Shown here in pieces: positions 1 to 11,669 of a DNA stretch of 64,000 nucleotides. The notes beneath the pieces are model-generated. The model saw only the letters and a program-made list of their open reading frames with translations. It was not told the DNA's origin and did no database searches. The stretch lies in the NCBI GenBank assembly GCA_963762145.1, contig CAVXJS010000021.1, forward strand, positions 416,001 to 480,000. The letters are read 5' to 3'. Source of the stretch: an uncultured Candidatus Rokubacteria bacterium (GTDB taxonomy: Bacteria > Methylomirabilota > Methylomirabilia > Rokubacteriales > CSP1-6). The translations under genes were made by a program, and so were the position numbers. Position 1 is the stretch's first letter, and each line of letters begins with the position of its first letter.

Positions 1-822
1 AGGAACTCCTCGATACGGTCAAGGATCTCGCTGGCATGCTCGGTCACGAGGATCCCGTCCATCCCGGGCAGCTCGACGAGCCTCGCCCCCGGGATGTGCT
101 CGGCAAGGTACCGAGCCTGATCCATGCTGACCATCCGGTATCCACTCCGGCTGAGGACGAGAGTCGGGCACTGGATCAGGGGCAACACATGTCGGACGTC
201 TGCGGCGAGGAGATTGTGAAGCTGGGCCGCCGCGTCACGGGGTCGCGCGGCCGCCCGCAGATATCGCCCATAGCGTTGCCGAAATCCGGGGTCCTCACTG
301 CGGCTCGGTGCGGCAATCGCCGCAAACCCTTCCGTGCCCCAGAGCTCCCCGACCATCGCGTAGGAGCTGCTCGGCGACATCGGGAGCAAAGCCCTCGGGG
401 TAGTCGTCGGCGCGCACGTACCGCGCCGCGGTGTGTGCGAGCACGAGAGCCGCCGTCCGCTCGGGATAGGTGGCGGCGAACAACATGGCCATCGGCCCGC
501 CATCGAACCAGGCCATGATGGCCGCGCTCTCCGAGCCGACGGCGTCCAGGACGACCCGCATGTCGTCGGCCCACTCTTCCCACGTAGGGAGATGGTCGAA
601 CGGCACCGGGTCCGAGACACCCGTTCCGCGTCGATCGAACAGGATCACTCGGCTGAACGACGCCAGCCGGTGGAGGAAGTACTCGTTGAGCGGCTCTTCC
701 CACCGAAGATCAATGTGAGAAGACATGCCGGTGAGGAAGACCAGGTCGACGGGGCCCTGCCCCAGGACCTGGTACCCGACCCGGTCATCTCCGACCTTGG
801 CGAACCTCGTCGTCGGTCGCAC
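1..822 (-). CDS. Alpha/beta-hydrolase-fold protein, LipJ (Rv1900c)-like; probably continues into a cyclase domain beyond the window edge; frameshift near 355; partial
   Basis: GYQVLGQGPVDLVFLTG..FSRVILFDRRGTGVSD. After a frame change it reads ..DVRHVLPLIQCPTLVL..ARYLAEHIPGARLVELPG..ILDRIEEFL, the typical end of the LipJ hydrolase domain. Confidence 0.8.
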
Positions 823-872
823 GGGGGGCCTGCCTCCTCCTGCACCCCCTACACTCTACTCTCTTCGGGAGC

Positions 873-2924
873 TCAGGCGCGCCAGTCGACGGTGACGACC
901 TCCACCGGCTCGTTGAGCCCGGCGAGACGGACGGTGCGCGCAGCCGACCGCGAAACCGCCGTCGTGTCGCCGAGCGTGCTCACGCTGGCCAGGATCTCGT
1001 CGCCCACGGCGACCGCCGCGATCCGCGCGGCCGCGTGGACCCCCTTGCCCTCGAAGCCTTCCTCCCGGCGGGTCGCCAGCGCGGCGTGGAGCCCGATCCG
1101 AACCTTTGGCGCGAACCCGTGGCTCCGACGATGCTCCGCAAGCGTTCGCTGAATCGCGACTGCACAGGCAACGGCGCTGTCGGGCGTGGCAAACGCCACG
1201 AAGAACCCGTCTCCCGCGTGGTCCACCTCCTCGCCGCCGTGCCGGGTGATCAGCGAGCGCAGGGTGCGATCGTGCCACGCGCGGAGATCCGTCCATGCCT
1301 CATCGCCGATTGCCTCGATGAGGCCCGTCGATCCCACGATGTCCGTGAACATGAACGTCCGGGTGACGCGCTCCAGGGCCTCTCCACTATTCGCGCGGAG
1401 TGGGTCGAGGCGCGCCCGAGCGCGGCGCAGATCCAGCTGGGCTCCGAGTCGCTCGAAGACGCTCCGCGCCGTCTCGAGCTCGAGGCAGGAGGCCTCGGCG
1501 TCCCCGGCGCCCTCGTACGCCGACGCGAGGGTCAGCCGCGTCCGCGCCGCCTCGTACGGACAGTTGGCGTCTTGCCAGAGGTGGGCGGCTCGCCGGAGCT
1601 CCACGGCCGCCGCCCCCGCGTCGCCGCGCGCGAGCGTCACGACTCCGCGCGCCTGGGCGGCACTCGCCTCCAGCGCCGCGGTTCCATAGGCACGGGCGAT
1701 CGTTCCGAGCTCCTCGGCGGCGGTCACGGCGCCGGTGAGGTCGTCGGCCGCCACCGCGATCTCCACCCAGGCCGGCAAGAGGCGAGCCCGGTGCGGGGGA
1801 TCGAGCGACGGATCGTCGAGAGCGCGGCGAATGGCGGTGAGCGCAGCGCCCGGCTTGCCTTCCGCCAGGTACAGCAGCGACTGGCCCGGCTCCGGCTCTC
1901 GTCCGAGCTCGCGGGTCTGCCGGAACGCCTCCGCGGCGCCCGTGAGGTCCCCCTCGCGTAGCCGGATCGTGCCGAGCTCCTCGACCGCGGCGGCGTAGTA
2001 GCGCGCGTTGAATTCACGGAGCTCCTCGCCCGCCTGCTTCGCCTCGTCCGCCGCCTCGATCCACGAACCGCGCAGCCGGAGGATGCCCGCCCGGTGGACG
2101 CGGCACATCCCGGGAAATCCGGCGATGGCCTGGCGGTCGCACCAGCGCTTGGCGCCCTCGGTCCACTCGCGCGCGCGGACGTAGTCGCCCACGCTGACGC
2201 AGGTGTCGATCGTATTGCAGTAGATCACCGCGGTGGCGAATGGATTCAGCTCGCCGGAGACCGCCGCGACGGTGGCTTCATCCATCAAGGCGTGACCGGC
2301 GGCGACGTCGCCGAGAGAGACCATGATCCGTCCCTGGTCGTGGAGGGCGATCGCCATCAGATCGCGGTCTCCGAATGTCGTCGCGAGATCGAGGGCTCGG
2401 CGGGCGTATTCCAGCGCCGCTCGGTTGTCGTGACGCGCCTCGAAGGCGACGACGGTCTGCATGCGGGCCAGGTAGCCCTCCTCGAGGCACGGCGACTGGT
2501 CCCGGAGGAGCCGCTCCGCACGGCCGAGCCACGCGGCGCCGACACTGACATCGCCCTTGCTGTAGTAGTTGCGGGCCAGCTCGATGGCGAGCTGGGCGGC
2601 GGCCCGGGGAGCATCGACCACCCGCGCGGCGTACGCCTGCTCCCGCGCGCCGATCGCTTCAGCGAGGTGACCCGTCCACCACGCCGCCTCACCCAGGCGC
2701 TCGAGATCGGACGGCTCGAGTCGCCCCGTCGTGCCGGCGTCGCGCAGCGCCTCGTACGCCTCGCGCCAGGCGTAGCGGGCGTGCGCGTCGCGGCCGCGGT
2801 TGCGCTGCTGGTCCTCCGGCGACGTGCCGGGAAGGCGGTCCTCGGGTGAGTCCAGAGCGGCCTCCCATGGGTGGACGAGGGGGCTGTTCGGCTTCCGCGG
2901 CCATTCTGCCATAACCTCCGGCAT
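873..2924 (-). CDS. TPR-like (MalT-type helical) sensor domain fused to a class III adenylate/guanylate cyclase
   Basis: C-terminal TFMFTDIVGST..AGDGFFVAF..VRIGLH..GVHAAARI cyclase motifs and a helical N-terminal region. Start codon uncertain. Confidence 0.85.
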   Translation of the reverse strand: MPEVMAEWPRKPNSPLVHPWEAALDSPEDRLPGTSPEDQQRNRGRDAHARYAWREAYEALRDAGTTGRLEPSDLERLGEAAWWTGHLAEAIGAREQAYAARVVDAPRAAAQLAIELARNYYSKGDVSVGAAWLGRAERLLRDQSPCLEEGYLARMQTVVAFEARHDNRAALEYARRALDLATTFGDRDLMAIALHDQGRIMVSLGDVAAGHALMDEATVAAVSGELNPFATAVIYCNTIDTCVSVGDYVRAREWTEGAKRWCDRQAIAGFPGMCRVHRAGILRLRGSWIEAADEAKQAGEELREFNARYYAAAVEELGTIRLREGDLTGAAEAFRQTRELGREPEPGQSLLYLAEGKPGAALTAIRRALDDPSLDPPHRARLLPAWVEIAVAADDLTGAVTAAEELGTIARAYGTAALEASAAQARGVVTLARGDAGAAAVELRRAAHLWQDANCPYEAARTRLTLASAYEGAGDAEASCLELETARSVFERLGAQLDLRRARARLDPLRANSGEALERVTRTFMFTDIVGSTGLIEAIGDEAWTDLRAWHDRTLRSLITRHGGEEVDHAGDGFFVAFATPDSAVACAVAIQRTLAEHRRSHGFAPKVRIGLHAALATRREEGFEGKGVHAAARIAAVAVGDEILASVSTLGDTTAVSRSAARTVRLAGLNEPVEVVTVDWRA

Positions 2925-2928
2925 CTGC

Positions 2929-4092
2929 TCAGAACACGGTCAGGTCGGCCTCGGCGCCCGCGAGCACGGCCCCCGCGGTGGTGAACGTGTCGAGCTTCAC
3001 CAGGAAATGCTGCGTGATCGCGTTGACGTCGCGGAAGCGGCGCTGGAGCGGGTTGGCGGCGTAGATCGAGCTCCCACCCCCCGCGTGGTAGGCCATGTCC
3101 ACGACCGCGGCCGCGGTCGTCGCCGCCCAGGTGATCGCCGAGCGCATCCGGGCCCGGTGCTCGGGCGTGAACTCCGCGCCGGCCACCGCCGTCCCCCACG
3201 CGGCCGCGGCGTCGGCGTACAGCAGTCCGCGGGCCGCGCGGAGCTTCGCGTCGGCGGCGCCGAGCTGGTTCTGGAACAGCGGGTTCGTGGCCAGCGAGGT
3301 GTGGGCGAGCAAGGGCACCTTGGTGGCGCAGAGGGTCAGGATGTCCTCCAGCGCGCCCTGCGCGATGCCGACCGCGACGCTGGCAACCCCGAAGGCGAAG
3401 ATCGGCGGCATGGGCATCCGCAGCAGCGGCTCGTCCAGGCACGGCGGATCCGCGAAGGGCAGGCACGTCCGCTCGGCCCGGACGAGCACGTTGTCGGCAG
3501 ACAGATGATGGCTGCCGGTGCCGCACAGACCCGAGACCGACCAGGTGTCCTCGATCTTGATCTGGTCGGGTGAGAACAGCACCGTGCGCAGCTGGGGGGT
3601 ACCGCCGTTGTCCTCCATGCAGTTGCCGAACAGCCAGTGGCTGTCCTCGCACCCACTGGCGAACGCCCACCGGCCGCTCACCCGGTATCCCCCTTTCTCG
3701 GGCACGGCCGTCCCGGACGGACTGAAGACGCCGCCGATGATGACGTCGGGCCCCTTGGCGTAGAGGGCGTCGAACGTCGCGCTGGGAAGGGTGCCCAGAT
3801 TGATCCATCCGCCCGCCAGGTTCATCGTCGTCCAGGCCACCGACGCGTCCGCCCGGCTCAGCTCCTCGATCACGCTCATCGCGGTCGCCAGGTCGAAGCC
3901 CTCGCCACCGTGGCTGCGGGGCACCAGCATGCGGAAGCAGCCGGCCGCGGTCAGATCCCGGATGAGGTCGCGCGGCAACCGCCGCGCCGACTCGATCTCG
4001 GCGGCGCGGGCGGTGATCCTCGGAGCCAGGCTGCGGACGGCATCGAGTACCGACGGGTTTCGGGTCAGCTTTGGATCGGTGGCAGTCGCCAT
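2929..4092 (-). CDS. Flavin-dependent monooxygenase, acyl-CoA dehydrogenase-like (HsaA/NcnH type)
   Basis: GCFRMLVPRSHGG, VSGRWAFASGC, DTWSVSGLCGTGSH, LQRRFRDVNAITQH; AGGAG RBS. Confidence 0.88.
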   Translation of the reverse strand: MATATDPKLTRNPSVLDAVRSLAPRITARAAEIESARRLPRDLIRDLTAAGCFRMLVPRSHGGEGFDLATAMSVIEELSRADASVAWTTMNLAGGWINLGTLPSATFDALYAKGPDVIIGGVFSPSGTAVPEKGGYRVSGRWAFASGCEDSHWLFGNCMEDNGGTPQLRTVLFSPDQIKIEDTWSVSGLCGTGSHHLSADNVLVRAERTCLPFADPPCLDEPLLRMPMPPIFAFGVASVAVGIAQGALEDILTLCATKVPLLAHTSLATNPLFQNQLGAADAKLRAARGLLYADAAAAWGTAVAGAEFTPEHRARMRSAITWAATTAAAVVDMAYHAGGGSSIYAANPLQRRFRDVNAITQHFLVKLDTFTTAGAVLAGAEADLTVF

Positions 4093-4189
4093 GGTGGGTC
4101 TCCTTTCAGGTTTGATCCTTCAGGAGACAGCGTAGGCAGCGGTCGCCGAGGCCCGCATCGCCCGTTCGAGCCAAATTGCGGCGCCCGGG

Positions 4190-4213
4190 GGCGTGGTACG
4201 TTCGTACCACGCC
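4190..4213. promoter_or_regulatory. Perfect inverted repeat GGCGTGGTACG-TT-CGTACCACGCC, putative LuxR-family operator
   Basis: 11-bp arms with a 2-nt spacer, located between the LuxR gene stop and the monooxygenase start. Confidence 0.55.
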
Positions 4214-4219
4214 GGCGGG

Positions 4220-5858
4220 TCAGACCAGGTCGCGCTGGAACGCGAACGCGGTCGCGCCGGCGCGCGACGACACCCCGATCTTGTTGAAGATGTTCTGCAG
4301 GTGCCGGCGGATCGTGTGGTCGCTGAGGACCAATGTCTTCGCGATCTCCCGGTTGGTCTTGCCGGCCGCGACGAGGCGAAGCACCTCGACTTCTCGAGCG
4401 GTCAATCCGCCCGGGGTGCGGTCGGCCCCCGCGCGAGACAGCGCCTCCACCCGGGCCACGTCCGGAGCGGCGCCGAGCTGCTGGAAGACCCAGCGCGCCG
4501 TGTCGAGCTCCATCTCCGCGGTGTCGTCGTCACCGAGCGCCCGGCAGGCGAGCGCGATGAGCACCCGGACCCGCGCGGCCTCGTAGGGCGCCTCGATACC
4601 CTGCCAGGCCGCCCAGGCGCCGCGCAGCGCGGTGAGCGCCGCCCGGCCGTCGCCCTCGGCGAGGAGGGCGGCTCCCGTGGCGTGCGCCGCCATCGCGCGC
4701 AGCAGCGGCGCCTCGAGCTGCGCGGCGATCCCGGCCAGCTCGTCGGCGCCCGCTCGGGCCGCCCGCACGTCGTTCGCGGCCAGCATGATCTCGACGTACG
4801 CGGCCAGGAGCTTGGATCGCGTGGCCTGATCGCCGGCCTCGTCGATCACCCGGCGGATCGCCGCCGCGGCCGCCTCGGTCTTGCCCTGCGCCAGCCGTAG
4901 CTGGGCGAGGCCGGGCTGGGACTCGCGCCCCGACTGGCTGGCCTCGCGGTAGGCCTCCTCGGCCTGCGCGAACTCGCCGCGCAGCCGGTGGAGCTCGGCC
5001 TGGAGATACAAGGCCCCGCCGACCCACATCCGTCCGACGGTCTGCGGGAGCCGTTCGCACGCCTGCCGGGCCTCGCGCATGGCGTCCGGCCAGGCCCCCT
5101 GCAGCTGCATGATCTCGGCGCGATGCACCAGGCACTGGCCGCGATAGGGCACGAGGTCCGGCTGCGACGCGCACCACTGGCCGAAGCGCCTTCGTCCACT
5201 CCTTGGCCCGGCGCAGGTCGAAGATCTCCTGGCATTCGCCGATCACGGCGCAGTAGATGATCCCGACCCCGATCGGCGACACCTCACCGGTGGTGACGGC
5301 GATCATGACCTCGTCGAACAGCGCCACGCCTTCCGCGGTCCGTCCCGCCCTGATGAGGGCCTCGCCGATGCCGATGCGACCGAACGCCATGAGCTGCGGA
5401 TCGCCGAAGCGCTCGCCGATCCGCGCCGCCTGATCGAACGTGGCGTGCAGCGGCGCATTGTCGCCTTCCCACATGCACCGGATCGCCTGGAGCTCGAGCA
5501 GGTACCCCCGCTCCACGCAGTCGTGCCGGCCATCGTCGAGCAGCCGCTGGCCCCGGGCGAGCCAGCCGCCGCTGCGCGCCCGCTCGCCCTCGAGCAGCGA
5601 GGTGAAGCCGAGCCAGAACGCGCACCGTGCCGCCGCCGGGGCCGCGCCCTGACCCAGGAACGCGTGATGCGCCCGCGTCCAGGCGTCGGCGGCCTCCGCG
5701 TCCCGGCCGACCAGGTGCGACGCGATCGCGAGCCGCTCGAGGTCTTCGGGCTCGAGCGCCGCCTCGCGATCCGCGGCCGTGAGCTGTGCATGGGCGTCGC
5801 CCCAGGCCCGCCGCCCGAACGCCGCCTGGCCCCGGTCGAGCGAGCCGGCCGCCGTCAT
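4220..5858 (-). CDS. TPR-domain LuxR-family transcriptional regulator (frameshift near 5185)
   Basis: ORFs 4530..5870 and 4220..5152 join into one protein ending [37 protein letters not shown]. Confidence 0.88.
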
Positions 5859-6430
5859 GGCGCGCGCCACAGGAAGATGTGGTTACGGGTGTCGCGGACG
5901 TCGAGCGTGACCGTCCGCTCGGGCACCCAGTCGCCGATGCCGTAGCGGTGGGACACGATTCGGCTGCCGGGCACGAGCTGGCTCGTGAGCTTCGGCCGCA
6001 GCCGCGCATTCAGCTCCGGCGAGAGGAAGAGCGTGACCACCGTCGCGTTTCGGATATCGGTATCGAAGATGTCCTCGACGCGGAACGTCACGCGGTCCGC
6101 GACCCCGGCGCGGACGGCGTTCGCCTGGGCCTCCCGGATGCGCTGGGGATCGAGGTCCACTCCTACCCCGCGCGCGCCGAGCTCCCTGGCCGCCGCGATG
6201 ACGATCCGCCCGTCGCCGCAGCCGAGGTCGTAGACGACGTCGTCGCGCGTGACGCCGGCCAGCGTGAGCATGGCGTGCACGATCTCGAGGTCGGTCGCGA
6301 CGAAGATCACGTCGAGCTTGACGGGGGCCGCGGGCGCGCCGACTCCGGCCGGAGGCGCTCCCGTGGCGCACCCGGCCAGCATGGCCGCCGTCAAGGCGGG
6401 CCCGAGCAGGCGAATCGTTCGCCGGTTCAT
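5855..6430 (-). CDS. Class I SAM-dependent methyltransferase with lipoprotein-like signal
   Basis: VVYDLGCGDGRIVIAAA motif I; LAGC lipobox. Confidence 0.88.
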   Translation of the reverse strand: MNRRTIRLLGPALTAAMLAGCATGAPPAGVGAPAAPVKLDVIFVATDLEIVHAMLTLAGVTRDDVVYDLGCGDGRIVIAAARELGARGVGVDLDPQRIREAQANAVRAGVADRVTFRVEDIFDTDIRNATVVTLFLSPELNARLRPKLTSQLVPGSRIVSHRYGIGDWVPERTVTLDVRDTRNHIFLWRAP

Positions 6431-6520
6431 GACAGGAGTGTACGCGGCTGAGGAAGGGAACGCAGCCGAGGCCGGAGCGACCCCGCGCTCCGGCCTCGGC
6501 GTGGAACACGTGACTCCGAG

Positions 6521-7780
6521 CTAGGACTTCGGCCAGACCGCCTTCGAGATCGCGATGCTCTCGGGGTGCACCGCCGTCGGGCGGCCCTTCTGCCACTGCA
6601 CGATGCACAGCTCGGCGCCGACCCGGCGGCCGTTCTCCTCGAACTTGACCCGGCCGTCGGGGAAGAACTTGGCGGGGCCGTCCTTCAGGTCGATCTTGCG
6701 CAGCATCTCGCCCAGCTTCTTGCGGTCGACGGACGCGGTCCGCTCCAGCGCCTCCTTGTAGATCAAGATGTGCGCGTAGGGGAAGATCGAGTCGTGGCCG
6801 AACCACGGCTCGCCGGTCTTGGCGATGAAGCGCTGCTCGACGTCGGCCACCGCCTTGCCCGGCCAGTTGGCCAGCCCCACGATCATCCCCTCCAGGTGCT
6901 CCTTGCCGGCCACCTTCATCAGCTCGGGCACGGTCCAGTGGCCGCCGCCGCCGATCAGCGGGACGGTCGAGGGCGTGATCCCCCGCTCCGCGAACTTGTC
7001 GATCAGCAGCTTGTCGTCGCCCACGTTGGTGGACTGGAACACGATGAAGTCGGGCCGGCCCGACCGGATCTTCTGCACCATCGTCGTCGCATCCGCGAGT
7101 GGCGGGGTGTAGACCTCGTCCGCCACGATCGTGAGGCCCAGGTCCTTCGCCACGTGCTCCCGGATGGGCTTCATGAAGCTCACCGAGGAGGCGGAGTTGT
7201 CGCCGACGAACGCCACCTTCGTCGGCTTCGCCCCCGTCGCGGCCTTCGCCAGGTCGAGGACCCGCGGCAGCAGCGCGGTGGCCTGGGCCTCGGCGGTCGG
7301 CGACGTCTGGAAGACGTACTTGAAGCCGCGACTGGTGATCAGGTCGGAGTAGGACAGGGTCATCCACGGCAGCTCCGCGCGCTCCGACACCTCGGTGGCC
7401 GCGAGCGTGAAGCTCGACAGCCAGCAGCCGATGCCGCCCACCACGTCCGGCTCCTGCGCGACCAGGCGCTGCGCGGCGTTCTTGGCCTTCTCCGCGGTGT
7501 CGCCGGTGTCGTACAGCACGAGCTTCAGCTTGGCGCCGCCGAGCGCCTTGATGCCGCCGGCCTTGTTGACGTCCTCGATGGCCATCTCCGCGCCCATCTG
7601 CTCGAGGATGCCCTGGCGCGCCCAGGGCCCGGACAGCGGGACTACCAGGGCGATTTTTACTTCCTTCGGCGCCTGCGCGCGCGCCCGGCGCACCGGCAGC
7701 GCGGCGGCGGCGGTGGCGGCGAGGCCCATCTTGATGGCGGTCCGGCGTCCGAACGCTCCAGGAGTCGTCATGCTGGTCAT
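6521..7780 (-). CDS. Branched-chain amino acid-type ABC transporter substrate-binding protein (Tat signal)
   Basis: GRRTAIK twin-Arg-like leader; VKIALVVPLSGPWA..GAEMAIEDVNKAGGI. Confidence 0.88.
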   Translation of the reverse strand: MTSMTTPGAFGRRTAIKMGLAATAAAALPVRRARAQAPKEVKIALVVPLSGPWARQGILEQMGAEMAIEDVNKAGGIKALGGAKLKLVLYDTGDTAEKAKNAAQRLVAQEPDVVGGIGCWLSSFTLAATEVSERAELPWMTLSYSDLITSRGFKYVFQTSPTAEAQATALLPRVLDLAKAATGAKPTKVAFVGDNSASSVSFMKPIREHVAKDLGLTIVADEVYTPPLADATTMVQKIRSGRPDFIVFQSTNVGDDKLLIDKFAERGITPSTVPLIGGGGHWTVPELMKVAGKEHLEGMIVGLANWPGKAVADVEQRFIAKTGEPWFGHDSIFPYAHILIYKEALERTASVDRKKLGEMLRKIDLKDGPAKFFPDGRVKFEENGRRVGAELCIVQWQKGRPTAVHPESIAISKAVWPKS

Positions 7781-7801
7781 CTCCCTCGTTGGTGATGTGG
7801 T

Positions 7802-8520
<719 letters not shown>

Positions 8521-10295
8521 CGGCGCGCCAGCCATTTCTTGCCGAGGTAGGCCTCGATCACGGAGTCGTCCTCGACGACGACGCGGGGCAGCCCGGTGGC
8601 GAGCACGCGCCCGTGGTCCAGCACCACGAAGCGGTCGGCGAGGCGCATCATCGCGTGCATTGTATGCTCGATGATGCAGATCGTCATGCCCTCGGTGCGC
8701 AGCCGCGCCAGCACGTCCAGCACGTCGTCGCATTCCTCGCGGCCGAGCCCGGCCAGCGTCTCGTCCAGCAGCAGCAGGCGCGGATGGCCGGCCAGCGCGC
8801 GGGCCAGCTCCATCAGGCGGAGCTGCTTGTTGGTGAGCTGGCCCGCGGGAACGCCGGCACGGTCCTGCAAGCCAACCTGGTGGAGCGCGTGCACCGCCCA
8901 CGCGATGGCGTCCCGATCGGAGGCGCCGCCGCCGTAGGCGCCCACGATCACGTTGTCGAGCACGGGGAGGCGGGTGAAGCTGCGCACCACCTGGAACGTG
9001 CGGCCCACGCCCATGCGGCAGACCTCGTGGGTCTTCTTGCCCAGCATCGGCTGCCCGTCGAGCCGGGCCGAGCCCGCGTCGGCGTCGAGCACGCCGTTCA
9101 GCACGTTGAACAGCGTCGTCTTGCCCGCGCCGTTCGGCCCGATGATGCCGAGGATCTCGCCCTCGGTGACCGAGAAGCTCACCTCGCTGACCGCGCGGAG
9201 CCCGCCGAAGGCGCGCGACAGCCCTTCGACCTGCAGGAGCGGCCGCGCTCCGTCGTGCCGCCGCGCGCCGCTTGAGAGCGTCGGGTGCGGCGCCGGACGA
9301 GGCGGGCCGCCAGCGTCGGGGATCGGCTGCGGCGCCTCGCGGCGAAGCCAGCGGTCGCGGATGGTCCAGTACAGAGCCGTCGGGCGACAGCAGCATGACC
9401 GCGATGATGGCGACGCCGTAGACCACGCCCTGGATGCCCGGCAGATACGTGCCCAGCTCGGCCTGGAGCGTCTCGGCCAGCGGCACCAGGATGGCCGCGC
9501 CGATCACCGGCCCCCACACCGAGGCCACGCCGCCGAACAGCGTGACCACCACCGCCTGCGCGGAGACGAGCATGCCGAACACCGAATCCGGCGTGACGAC
9601 CAGCAGCACGCGCGCGTAGAAGCCGCCGGCCGCCGCGCCCATCATCCCCGACACCACCAGCGAGCGCATCTTCCACAGGCGCGCGTTGATGCCCGCCGCC
9701 TCCGCCGCCAGCTCGTTCTGCCGGATGGCCAGCAGGGCCAGGCCGAAGCGCGAGTTTTCAATGATCAGCGAGACCACCACGCCGCCCACCAGCAGGAGGA
9801 CGGCCAGCAGCGTGTACACGCGCGGGTCGTTGAACTCCATGAAGGCCGCCGCGTTGTCGCGGTGCATGGGCATCGAGACTTCCTGGAAGCCCAGGTACTG
9901 CATCACGTAGAGGATGGCGAGCGGATAGGCCAGCATGGACAGCGCGAAGTAGTGCCCGCGCAGGCGGAACGTGGGGAAGCCGATCGCGATGGCGGCGAGG
10001 CCGCCGATGACCATGCCGAGCGGGATGCCGAGCCAGGGCGAGAGGCTCCAGTAGACGACCGAGAGCGTGACCGTGTACGCGCCGATGCCGAAGAAGCTGG
10101 CGTGGCCGAAGGAGAGCTGCCCGCCGTAGCCGGAGAGGATGTTCCACGACACGCCGAACAGGGCCCACACCGGCACCAGCGTGAGGATGAGCTGGTAGTA
10201 GCTGTTGGTCACGAACAGCGCGGCCACCAGGTAGACGACCGAAACGACGGCGAGCACGATCAGGTGCCGCCGCAGATGCGGGCCGGCGCCCTGCC

Positions 10296-11252
10296 TCATG
10301 CCCGCTCCGCGGAGCGGCCGAAGAGGCCCTGCGGCCGCAGCAGCACGATCATCAGGAACACGACGAAGATCGCCGCGTTCTGCAGCTGCGGCGGCAGGAT
10401 CAAGGCCGAGAACTGCTGCACAAAGCCGACGGTGACGCCGCCCCAGAACGCGCCGAAGATGCTGCCCATGCCGCCCAGCACCACGCCCGAGTACATGATG
10501 ATGACGTAGTCGAAGCCTACGAACGGCCCGAACGAGATGTAGGTGGCCATGAGCCCGCCCGCGACCGCAGTGATGCCGCAGCCCAGGCCGAAGGCGATGC
10601 GGTAGGACCGGTCCACGTCGATGCCCATGTAGGTGGCCGCCGTCGGGTTGTCGGCCGCGGCCCGCAGCGCCTTGCCCAGGCGCGTGTACTCGAGCACGAG
10701 GTAGAGCACCACCGCCGCCAGCACCGCCACCACGAAGGCCACCAGCTTGGCCTTGTTCACGAAGACGGTGGCGCCCTCGTACACGGGCCCGAGCTGGAAG
10801 GCCTGGGAGGACAGCGGCGTGCGGACGGCGACCGGCGTGGAGCCGAACACGATCTGCCCGCCGTTCTGGAGGATCAGCGAGATGCCGAGCGTGACGATGA
10901 GCTGGCCGAAGTGGCCTTCATCGAGCGAGCCCACCGTGCGCAGGCCCGACACCCGCGAGATCAGGAACCGGTGCAGCAGCAGGCCGGCGATGAAGATCAT
11001 CGGCCCCGCGCACATCGCCCCGATGAACGGCCCCCAGTACGGGCCCAGGAAGGCCAGGATCCGCCCCTCGCTGACCAGATAGAAGGAGGCGAACATGCCC
11101 AGCATCAGCAGCTCGCCCTGGGCGAAGTTGACGATCCGCATGATGCCGAAGATGAGCCCGAGGCCGATGCACATCAGACCGTAGATGCAACCGATCGTGA
11201 TGCCCGCGGTGACCGCGTTCAGGACGTTCTCGATCAGGATCTCTGCGTCCAC
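10296..11252 (-). CDS. livH: BCAA ABC transporter permease LivH
   Basis: [18 protein letters not shown]; [12 protein letters not shown]; LRPQGLFG. Confidence 0.9.
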   Translation of the reverse strand: MDAEILIENVLNAVTAGITIGCIYGLMCIGLGLIFGIMRIVNFAQGELLMLGMFASFYLVSEGRILAFLGPYWGPFIGAMCAGPMIFIAGLLLHRFLISRVSGLRTVGSLDEGHFGQLIVTLGISLILQNGGQIVFGSTPVAVRTPLSSQAFQLGPVYEGATVFVNKAKLVAFVVAVLAAVVLYLVLEYTRLGKALRAAADNPTAATYMGIDVDRSYRIAFGLGCGITAVAGGLMATYISFGPFVGFDYVIIMYSGVVLGGMGSIFGAFWGGVTVGFVQQFSALILPPQLQNAAIFVVFLMIVLLRPQGLFGRSAERA

Positions 11253-11379
11253 CGCGCTTCCGATCGCCTCCCGTGGGGTGCCGGCCCGGGGGCGCCCGCG
11301 CCCTTGCGCGGTGCGCCTGCTGGGGGCAACCCAGGCGACTTTAGCACGTCCGTGGCGAGTGCAGATCGCCAGGGAGAGG

Positions 11380-11580
11380 CTAGCCGAAAGCGGGTCGTTT
11401 GATTATCTCGATGGCGCGCGGGACGTGGGTTGGCTGTAACCCACGGGCGGGATGCGTCAGGGCAAGCTGGGTACGTAGTTCCCCTATGTCGCCGTGGTCA
11501 TCGATGATCACATAGGTACCCTCGGCATGCTCCGCCAGCCAGGCCGCGATCTCCTCGCCCCGGTCGGCGCCGGGGGCTGG
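11380..11580 (-). pseudogene. C-terminal remnant of a HAD-domain (Swiss Army Knife RNA-repair-like) protein
   Basis: RGEEIAAWLAEH..YVIIDD..LTHPARGL resembles the C-terminal half of that family; the N-terminal DxD motif is absent. Confidence 0.55.
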
Positions 11581-11669
11581 ACACGGTTGCTTGTCCTCGG
11601 GAGGCCCGCGCCCGGCATTCGCCCGAGCGGGAAGCGTCGCCCTCTTTAGACCGTCCCCCTCGGGTTCTC

